DNA from: an uncultured delta proteobacterium
GTDB lineage: Bacteria > Myxococcota_A > Polyangia > Polyangiales > Polyangiaceae
Length of the DNA: 64,000 bases
Reading direction: 5' to 3'
NCBI GenBank assembly: GCA_963716725.1
Contig: CAVQUB010000005.1
Span: 288,001-352,000 of the forward strand
In this document: in pieces, positions 50,273 through 57,601 of the stretch
How positions within the stretch are numbered: the first letter of the stretch is position 1
How the letters are laid out: the number at the start of each line of letters is the position of its first letter
Notes under the pieces: generated by a model
Databases searched by the model: none
Told to the model about the DNA's origin: nothing
What the model saw: the letters and a program-made list of their open reading frames with translations, nothing else
Position numbers and translations under genes: made by a program

Positions 50273-51136
50273 ATGCGAGGGCGTTGGTTCGTGCTTGGGG
50301 CTCTGGTCTGCGGGGTGACGGCGTGCGGGGGCGACGACAACGCGGAGCTGTACGGCAGCGGTGGCTCGAACGCCGGCGGAAGCACCACCGGGGGCGTTGG
50401 CGGTGGCGCGGGCGTTGGCGGTGGCGCGGGCGTCGGCGGCGGCGCGGGCGTCGGCGGCGGCGCGGGCGTCGGCGGCTCCGGTGGCACCACGTCGGGCGGC
50501 TCCGGTGGCACCACGTCGGGCGGCTCCGGTGGCACCACGTCGGGCGGCTCCGGTGGCACCACGTCGGGCGGCTCCGGTGGCACCACGTCGGGCGGCTCCG
50601 GTGGCACCACGTCGGGCGGCTCCGGTGGCACCACGTCGGGCGGCTCCGGTGGCAGCGGCGGTGGCTGCACCATCAAGAAGTGGTGCAAGGACAACGACGA
50701 CGACAAATACGGCTCTCCCTACAACACTCAATCGTCCTGCGACAAACCGCCCGGCAAATGGATCGAGGACGGTTCGAAGGCTCGCGCCTGCGAAGACTGC
50801 AACGACTCGGTCAAGGAAGCGTTCCCGTCGAGCACGCACTGCAGCGCGACCGGCTACGGCACGGCGGGCGGGCTCTCGTTCGACTACAACTGCGACACCA
50901 AAGAAGACCCCTGCTCGAGCCTCAAGCAGGCCGGCCAGTGCGCACCCGACCAAAACGACCCCAACAAGTGCATCGGCGAAGGCTACCTGCCGGTCAACAC
51001 GAGCCCCGCCAAGAACAAGTACTGCGGCAGCTCCCAGTGGCAGGCGTGCCTGCCCGTGTCCGTCGGCCTGGACGGCGGTGGGTCCTTCGGCTGCGCAGCG
51101 ACCGTGAGTTCGGCAAACCCCGTCACCTGCAAGTGA
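50273..51136 (+). CDS. Gly-rich lipoprotein with a Cys-rich putative metal-binding (MopE-like) domain
   Basis: Lipobox VTAC; WCKDNDDDKYG, DCND....FP, FDYNCD. Confidence 0.75.
   Translation: MRGRWFVLGALVCGVTACGGDDNAELYGSGGSNAGGSTTGGVGGGAGVGGGAGVGGGAGVGGGAGVGGSGGTTSGGSGGTTSGGSGGTTSGGSGGTTSGGSGGTTSGGSGGTTSGGSGGTTSGGSGGSGGGCTIKKWCKDNDDDKYGSPYNTQSSCDKPPGKWIEDGSKARACEDCNDSVKEAFPSSTHCSATGYGTAGGLSFDYNCDTKEDPCSSLKQAGQCAPDQNDPNKCIGEGYLPVNTSPAKNKYCGSSQWQACLPVSVGLDGGGSFGCAATVSSANPVTCK
50393..50638 (+). repeat. Tandem repeats: 18 bp x4 (GVGGGA) then a perfect 24 bp x7 (GGSGGTTS)
   Basis: GGCGGCTCCGGTGGCACCACGTCG repeated 7 times at 50471-50638. Confidence 0.95.
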
Positions 51137-51216
51137 TTCGATTCGGGTCCCACGCTGCGTCGTGGCGCTGATTGGTGTATGGTCGCGGCGCGTGACGCCG
51201 CTCGGGTGACCGACAG

Positions 51217-52887
51217 ATGAGGGAGCCCCCCCTGCGCCGGATCTGGCGGACCCGAAGCTGTTGGGTGCCGCGGCTTCCCGCCCTGGTGGCGCTGGCCGTG
51301 GCGCTCGTGCTGGTGAGCGACGCGAACTGGTTCTTCCTTCGGCCTGGCCCCGCCGTCCTCAACGACATGGACGAAGGCTACGCACAGGCCATCGCGCGTC
51401 GCATGATCGAGGGCCGCTGGCTGCCCTACGTCGACGGGGTGAGCCACCGTGGCCCGGTGTTCTATTGGGTTGCCGCCATCGGCGCGCGCATCTTCGGCAG
51501 CGAGAGCTGGCTGTCGATGCGCGTTCTGGCTTGGCTGATGCTGGTTTCAACCCTAACCCTGGGCTTCACCACGGCCGTGTTGCTCAAACGCTGGCTCGCC
51601 GGGGGCATCATGGCGCTAGGCTACGTGGCCATCTGTCTCGGCAGCATGAGCGCGCACGACGGTCTGGCCATGAACGCCGAGCACGTGCTGAACGTGTTCG
51701 TGCTCGCGGCGCTGCCCTGTTTGATCGTGGGGCTCCGTTGCGCATCGAGCCCGCGTGCTCTGGCGTGGCTCGCGGTCGCGGGGGCGCTCACCATGCTCGG
51801 GGGTCTGGCGAAACAGGTGGGCTTGGCTGCCTTGGGTCCCTTCGGACTGTGGGTGATCTGCGCCGCGATCGCGCGCGGCGAGCTGTCTCGTCGGCGGCGC
51901 GTCGGCCTGGTTGTGTCCTTCGCGATCGGCGCGCTGGCGCCGCTCGCGGTGGTGCTGGCGCGCTACGCCGTCGCCGGCGAGCTCAGCGCGTTCGTGTATT
52001 ACTTCTACACCTACAACACCCGCGTCTACGTGGGAGGCGTCGGCGAACACACCAAGTCGCTCTTCGACCTGTTCTGGACCCGCAAGTTCGATCTCTTGGT
52101 GATCGCGGCGCCGCTGCTGGGATTCGCGCTCTTTCACGGCATCGCCGGGGCGCGGCGCCTGAGGGATGTGCCCCGGGCCTTCGACGCGCGGGGCGCAGAG
52201 TCCACCGTCATGCTCCAGGCCGTCGTCGCCCTCGCCATCTCGAACGGTGGTCGCCGCGATTTCGGCCACTACTACCTCCAGGTGCTGCCCTGGGCGGGGC
52301 TGTTCGGCGGCTTGGTCGTCGAACGACTGCTCGAGCAGAGCGCGTACCGAGAGCGGGTGCATTGGCTGAGAGCGACCCTTGGGCGCTCGCTGATCGTCCT
52401 GCCCGCCGTCGCCATCGCAATTGCAGGCTGGACCGTGCGCGTCCGCCAGTACCAACAGCGAGGACATGGCGGCTTCAAGTCGGCAAGCTGGCCCATCTGC
52501 AAGTTCGTCCAGGAGAAATCCAAGCCGAGCGACTCGATCTTTCTCTGGGGTTTCGACCCCGCGCCCTACACCGCCTGCAAGCGCAGGCCTGCGTCGCGCT
52601 ACGTGTACACGACGTTCCCAAGCGGCTACATCCCCTTCTTGAGCCGGACACCGGAAGTCGAAGCGCAGCAGGTGGCGCCGGGCTCCCAAGAGATCTTGCT
52701 GCGCGAACTCGAGCAGTCGCGGCCGGCCTTGATCTTCGACTCGGCGAGGTCGATGGGTGGACGGTCCATCATGCAGTACGAGCGGTTGGCGAGCTTCGTC
52801 AAAGCCGGCTATTGCCGCGCGGACGTCAACGTGGGCGGTCCGACGCCGTGGGTGCAGAAGAGCGGCAACGACTGCCCGAGCCGTTGA
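51217..52887 (+). CDS. GT-C fold (ArnT/PMT-like) membrane glycosyltransferase
   Basis: DEG.....A.....G..PYVD..SHRGP, multiple TM helices, KQ, HYYLQ.LP, periplasmic C-terminal domain. Confidence 0.75.
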   Translation: MREPPLRRIWRTRSCWVPRLPALVALAVALVLVSDANWFFLRPGPAVLNDMDEGYAQAIARRMIEGRWLPYVDGVSHRGPVFYWVAAIGARIFGSESWLSMRVLAWLMLVSTLTLGFTTAVLLKRWLAGGIMALGYVAICLGSMSAHDGLAMNAEHVLNVFVLAALPCLIVGLRCASSPRALAWLAVAGALTMLGGLAKQVGLAALGPFGLWVICAAIARGELSRRRRVGLVVSFAIGALAPLAVVLARYAVAGELSAFVYYFYTYNTRVYVGGVGEHTKSLFDLFWTRKFDLLVIAAPLLGFALFHGIAGARRLRDVPRAFDARGAESTVMLQAVVALAISNGGRRDFGHYYLQVLPWAGLFGGLVVERLLEQSAYRERVHWLRATLGRSLIVLPAVAIAIAGWTVRVRQYQQRGHGGFKSASWPICKFVQEKSKPSDSIFLWGFDPAPYTACKRRPASRYVYTTFPSGYIPFLSRTPEVEAQQVAPGSQEILLRELEQSRPALIFDSARSMGGRSIMQYERLASFVKAGYCRADVNVGGPTPWVQKSGNDCPSR

Positions 52888-52888
52888 C

Positions 52889-55342
52889 TCAGAGAGCCTC
52901 GAGAAACGCGATCAGTTCGGCGAGTTGTTGCGCGCTGAGGTGACCGGTGGCGCCGTGCGTGTCGGGCATGCCACGCGTCTCGTTGTGCCCGATCTCGCCC
53001 GGCGACAGCGCCGGATGTCCGGGGGTCGCCAGCGCTTCTCGCAGGCTGCGGGCGCGTCCGTCGTGATAAAATGCGCGCGCGCGATCCCAGACGCCACGCA
53101 GCTGAGGCACACCAAAGTGGATCCCGCCCTCGGTTTGCACCGCCTGCGGGAAGGTTCCGATGAAGCCCGGCGTCAGACCATCTGCCGCCTTGCCAGTGAT
53201 CGGGTTCAACGTGGGCGTGATCAGCGCCGGAAACTTGAGCGGCACCGCGAATGGGTTGAACCCGGTCGCGACCGTCGTCAGTGGCAACGGATGGCACGAG
53301 TTGCAGCCGGTCTCCGGAGAGACGTAGAGGTCGCGCCCGCGGCGCGCGGCAGGAAGGTCCAAGGCCTGGTTCGGGTTGGGCAGAAAGCGCGGACGCTGCA
53401 TCAAGAAGAGGCCCAGCGCCCGGGTGACCCCGGCAAAGTCGAGTCCGACGCCCTCGCGCTGGGTTTGACCGCTGCCGTCCGTGTACTCCTGGTACAGGCC
53501 ATCGCCGAAGCTGGTGTCCCGGCCAAACAGCTGCTTCGCAGCGTCTTTGAAGGCTGCGTTGCGCACCAGGTGCACGCTGCCATAAGTTCGGGTCTTGCAC
53601 TCGGGCGGCGGGTCGTTTCGACAGTCGAGCACATGGTTGCAGCCGGGCTTCGACTTGTCGGCTTGGCACTCGGTGACCGTGGGGAATTTGCTCCAGATCA
53701 GCGGATCGAGTTGCTCGCAACAGTAGTTCTCTTTGCGGCCGAACTCGTTGATGACCGGGAAGAAGTTGGACTCGTCCATGGCGCTCTCGAAGAACCACGG
53801 GCGAGTGTCGAAGGCGCCGCGATAGGCCATCACCATGCGTGTTCCCCAGACCGTGTCGCCCTGCAGCGGCATCGCCACCGGCTTCGCGAGGTTGTTGCCT
53901 TCGCGGTGGCAGTGGGCGCAGGTCTGGTCGCCGTCGACGGTGAAGCCCGCAGTGACGAAGTTGATGGCCTCGCCGATCTCGGCGTCCGTCGCGGGGAACT
54001 CGCCGTCGCGCACGTCACCGACCAGGATGCGCCGCTCGGCGCCGGGGCCGGCTGCGAGGTCGAGCACGCTGACGTACTCGCCCAGGCGCTCGGCGACGAA
54101 GGCGCGCTTGCCGTCCGGGTGAGCCACGACGCCGTAGGGGTTCATTCCGGTACGGAAGAGCGCGCCCGCAGCCTGTTTCGTGCTCAGCTTGCCGGCGCTC
54201 GAGATCTGGAAGGCCTGCACTTCATTCGAGCCGCTGCAGGCGACCAGCAGGCTGTCGCCCCTGAGGCTCATCTGTTCGGGCAGCGCGCAGGCCACGAGCC
54301 AGGTGTCCTTCGCGGGCAGGTAGTCGAGCCGGGACGCGGGCCACGGGTCCGGAGCGGGCAAGAGGGCGCCTTTCTCTGGGTGGTCGGGATCGACGTCGCG
54401 GAAATCTCGGCAACAAATGCTGTCGCTCGTGTAGTTCCAGAGCGGCTGACCGTCGTGATCCAGGACCGCGATCTCGTTCTGCAGATCTTGGAACATCACG
54501 TTGGCGGTGCCGTCGCCCGGCAGCCCGTCGCCGTCGGTGTCGTAGCCCTCGTCGGGTCGATGCTGGGAGCCGCGCCCCGTATGAGTGACGAGCACGAAGC
54601 TCTGGTTGACGACCACGTCGCCCGGGGGCGAGGCCAGGTTCACACGGGTGATCTCCCGGGCCTGCTCGGTATCGATGATGCCAAGCGAGACCCCGGTGCC
54701 GCTCGCCACGAACAGACGTGAGCCGTCCGGAGCGATGGCCAGGTCCCGGGGGTTGTCCGCCACCGGGATCCCGACCGGGTCTTCCGGTCGCACGCCGCGG
54801 TAGTTGTCGCCGGTGACGCGGAAGCTGGAGCCGACCTCCAAGTCCCAGAAGAGCACGCTGTCTTTCCAGCGATTGGTGAAGTAGGCGCGCTTGCCGTCCG
54901 GCGAAAACACGACGTCGATGCTGTACCAAGGGATGGCGATCTCTTTCACGACCTCGTCGGAATTGGTGTCGATCACCGAGGCGAAGTTCGAGAACCGATT
55001 GGTGACCACCAGGAAGCGCCCGTCCGGATGCAGGGCCAGGCCGGTTGGGCTCGATCCGACCCGGATCTTCTTCAGCAGGTGCTCGCTGCCCGTGTCCACC
55101 ACGGCCACGTACTCGCCGGGCTCGTCCTCGACCCCTTGGAGAGTGACGTACAAGCGGTCGCCGTCCCGCGACAGCGCGAGCTCCAGCGGGTGATCTCGCC
55201 GCGGCTGCGGAGCCCACAACGGGTCCGACGGTCCAAAGGGGTTCTCGTAGGGCCTGAGCGCATTCTTGCTCAGGGGCGCGCGTTCCTCGCCGTCCGAACA
55301 ACCCACGAGCAGTACGGCGCAGAGGATCGCCCGACCCCTCAC
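52889..55342 (-). CDS. YncE-like beta-propeller fused to a di-heme cytochrome c (CcP/MauG-like) domain; lipoprotein
   Basis: Lipobox LVGC; repeated P..LA.SPDG..LYV blades; CAHCH and CNSCH; VPQLRGVW....FYHDGRA.SL. Confidence 0.85.
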   Translation of the reverse strand: MRGRAILCAVLLVGCSDGEERAPLSKNALRPYENPFGPSDPLWAPQPRRDHPLELALSRDGDRLYVTLQGVEDEPGEYVAVVDTGSEHLLKKIRVGSSPTGLALHPDGRFLVVTNRFSNFASVIDTNSDEVVKEIAIPWYSIDVVFSPDGKRAYFTNRWKDSVLFWDLEVGSSFRVTGDNYRGVRPEDPVGIPVADNPRDLAIAPDGSRLFVASGTGVSLGIIDTEQAREITRVNLASPPGDVVVNQSFVLVTHTGRGSQHRPDEGYDTDGDGLPGDGTANVMFQDLQNEIAVLDHDGQPLWNYTSDSICCRDFRDVDPDHPEKGALLPAPDPWPASRLDYLPAKDTWLVACALPEQMSLRGDSLLVACSGSNEVQAFQISSAGKLSTKQAAGALFRTGMNPYGVVAHPDGKRAFVAERLGEYVSVLDLAAGPGAERRILVGDVRDGEFPATDAEIGEAINFVTAGFTVDGDQTCAHCHREGNNLAKPVAMPLQGDTVWGTRMVMAYRGAFDTRPWFFESAMDESNFFPVINEFGRKENYCCEQLDPLIWSKFPTVTECQADKSKPGCNHVLDCRNDPPPECKTRTYGSVHLVRNAAFKDAAKQLFGRDTSFGDGLYQEYTDGSGQTQREGVGLDFAGVTRALGLFLMQRPRFLPNPNQALDLPAARRGRDLYVSPETGCNSCHPLPLTTVATGFNPFAVPLKFPALITPTLNPITGKAADGLTPGFIGTFPQAVQTEGGIHFGVPQLRGVWDRARAFYHDGRARSLREALATPGHPALSPGEIGHNETRGMPDTHGATGHLSAQQLAELIAFLEAL

Positions 55343-55875
55343 GTTCCGCCGTCCGGGTTGTCGCAGACCAAGCCTCCATCCTCTTGCTGCACGCAGTTCT
55401 CGTCGTCGCGGAGCGTCACCGTTCTCTTGGTCGAGCCGACGCAGCCTGCCGCCTTGGCAGTGACGGTGATTTCGGCGTTCTTGGCGACGATTTCCGCGAT
55501 GGGAATGTCATTGAAAAAGACCAACACTTCGTCAGCGAAGAGCGCGCCACCCTCTTCGCTCACCTTCACGGGCGTATCGGCGAGCGAGTACGGGGTCTGC
55601 CCATCGACGACGATGCGCGCCGAGTAGGTGGCGCTCGGCGCTTTCACGTCTTTCAGCTCGAGCGCCGACCGGATGTAGCGAAACCCCTGAAACCCGAGGG
55701 TGATCTCGGCGTCGTCTCCGTCCTTGAAGGGCTCGAAGGCGCCGCCCGGGCTCCGGTGGCCCCAGTTCAACGTGTAATTGCAGCTCGGGCCGGCGTCGGG
55801 CTTGTTGTCTGCCGGGTCGTCGTTCGAGCATCCGAAGCAGAGGCTGATCGCGCACAGAATCAAGAGTCGCTTCAT
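55339..55875 (-). CDS. Hypothetical lipoprotein
   Basis: Lipobox CFGC; LGFQGF motif; GTGA overlap with the downstream gene. Confidence 0.7.
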   Translation of the reverse strand: MKRLLILCAISLCFGCSNDDPADNKPDAGPSCNYTLNWGHRSPGGAFEPFKDGDDAEITLGFQGFRYIRSALELKDVKAPSATYSARIVVDGQTPYSLADTPVKVSEEGGALFADEVLVFFNDIPIAEIVAKNAEITVTAKAAGCVGSTKRTVTLRDDENCVQQEDGGLVCDNPDGGT

Positions 55876-55878
55876 GGC

Positions 55879-56970
55879 TCAATACTCCGCGTGGGCTCCG
55901 AGCTGAAAGATGAACGCCCGCCGGGCGTCTAGGGGTTCGAAGGTGGAGAAGTGCTGGTCGTAGAACTCGGTTCGCGCCGTGAGCCGCAGGTCATTCGCGA
56001 AGGCAACGGGGCCCACGCCGACTTCGCCGCGCAGCCCGGCCAACACCGACCAATTCTCGCTCAGCATCTTGTCCCGGCTACGATAGCGCGGAAGCGTGCC
56101 GACGGCCGCGGCGTAGCGTTCTTGGTAGAAGCTGGCCTCGCCCTGGGAGTAGCCCCGCAGGTCGATGCCGACGATGGCGCGCTCCTGACGCGTAGCGTGC
56201 TGGATCCCCGCTTCCGCCGTGTGGCTGCCGAGTCCCCAGCTGTCTCGATACAGCCGGTAGCCGCCGGAGAGGAACCAGCGCCGCGAGAGCGCCCGCCGCA
56301 CACCGACCGCCACCGCGTGCCGCACGCGCCACTCGGGGTGGCGCTCGGGCGCGCTGACGGTGGTCGAGGCAGACCAGTCGATGGGCACGAAGCGGTAGGG
56401 CGACGACTGGAAGCCGCTCTGCGCCTGGATCTCGTAGGCGATGTTGGCCACCGTCCAGCGATCGACGACGTATGAAAGACTGGGGCCGAGGGCGACGACC
56501 CGGAGCGCGCGCCACTCGCTCTCGGGCTCGCCGGCCCGGCCCACGCGGTCGAAGGAGACCCGCAAGTCGAGGCGCTGCTCGAGGCGCCGCTCCAGCCACT
56601 CGTACCCCGCTCGCAGCGCGAGACCGTGGGAGTCGTAGTCCTTCTCCCAGGTCGGCAGGTACCTCAGCCCGAAGGTGACCTCGCGTTCGGGCTTCCAGAT
56701 CACGCCGGCCATGAGGCCGTGCCTCACTTCTTCGAAGCCGTGGGGGGAAGCGGCGGTGAGCACGTCGATGCTGGCGGCGCTGATGATGTCCGCCTCCCAG
56801 GCCACCTCCAGGTCGATGGTCGAGTCGACCTCCTGTCGCAGCGCGACCTCGGGCGAGACCACGGTCAGCCCGTCGTCGTCCGCGTACGCGGAGACGAACG
56901 CAGTCGCCCGACTGTCGGCGTGAGCGTTCGCGGCAATGAGCGCGACCGTGAGGCCTACTTGCAGCCGCAT
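55879..56970 (-). CDS. DUF3570-family outer-membrane beta-barrel
   Basis: Signal peptide; DIISAAS.D...AS, E.DY.S, SPYR, ERHP..R.R, YRLY.DSWG..SHT; C-terminal aromatic residue. Confidence 0.8.
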   Translation of the reverse strand: MRLQVGLTVALIAANAHADSRATAFVSAYADDDGLTVVSPEVALRQEVDSTIDLEVAWEADIISAASIDVLTAASPHGFEEVRHGLMAGVIWKPEREVTFGLRYLPTWEKDYDSHGLALRAGYEWLERRLEQRLDLRVSFDRVGRAGEPESEWRALRVVALGPSLSYVVDRWTVANIAYEIQAQSGFQSSPYRFVPIDWSASTTVSAPERHPEWRVRHAVAVGVRRALSRRWFLSGGYRLYRDSWGLGSHTAEAGIQHATRQERAIVGIDLRGYSQGEASFYQERYAAAVGTLPRYRSRDKMLSENWSVLAGLRGEVGVGPVAFANDLRLTARTEFYDQHFSTFEPLDARRAFIFQLGAHAEY

Positions 56971-57164
56971 CCGCCACCGACCTCGCCGCTCGCCCCGGTG
57001 GAGCCTTCACGGGCGCCGAGCATGTGTCCGCGCGCCCGACCCTCCGAAGGTCGCGCGTCGGGAGACATGCAGCGGCTCGCCAGCGTGCCGCGCTGCCAGG
57101 CGTGAACCGGCGCGCAGCCCGCGGTGAGCGCGAGCACCATGACGACGAACACCCGAAGCATCAC
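56955..57164 (-). CDS. DUF4266-family small lipoprotein
   Basis: GCAPVHAWQRGTLA...M, REG..G..G..GGGCGC. Confidence 0.85.
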   Translation of the reverse strand: MMLRVFVVMVLALTAGCAPVHAWQRGTLASRCMSPDARPSEGRARGHMLGAREGSTGASGEVGGGCGCK

Positions 57165-57601
57165 CGTCGCCCGCGCGCCACCCAGCCCTCGAGCTTGCGA
57201 TACCGGTCGTCGCTCTTGCCTTCGAAGACGGCACCGCCGCCGTGGTGGGTCTTGGCGTAGTCGGCCAGGGGTTTTCGCAAGAGCAGGGTCTCTTCGGCGA
57301 GGTCGGAGTCCGACGAAAGCACACAGCTCATCGTGAAGTTGTGGAGGAGCTCCGCTTCGCTCAGCGGCTCGGCCAGGTGCGTGCGCGACTCATCCATGCG
57401 CCGCACCATGGGTGAGTAGAGCGAATAGGCGCGCTCGGGGCGCGCGTGACACGAGGGGTTGCTGCAACCTTCGGCGAGGATAGGCTGGATCTCCGTCCTG
57501 AATTCCTCGTAGTCGAGCCAGTGGACGCTCTCGGTCCCCGCTTCGGGTGCACCACCACAGCCGAGCGCGAAGACGCCGACAGCCCAGAGCCAGCGCGTCA
57601 T
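57161..57601 (-). CDS. Small lipoprotein, putative c-type cytochrome with a Cx4CH motif
   Basis: Lipobox ALGC; IQPILAEGCSNPSCH, LLRKPL....HHGG; paralogous to the N-terminal domains of the upstream gene. Confidence 0.7.
   Translation of the reverse strand: MTRWLWAVGVFALGCGGAPEAGTESVHWLDYEEFRTEIQPILAEGCSNPSCHARPERAYSLYSPMVRRMDESRTHLAEPLSEAELLHNFTMSCVLSSDSDLAEETLLLRKPLADYAKTHHGGGAVFEGKSDDRYRKLEGWVARGRR

Noticed and set aside
50393..50650. CRISPR array
   Set aside because: Repeats are directly adjacent without spacers, lie in frame within a lipoprotein gene, and no cas genes are present.
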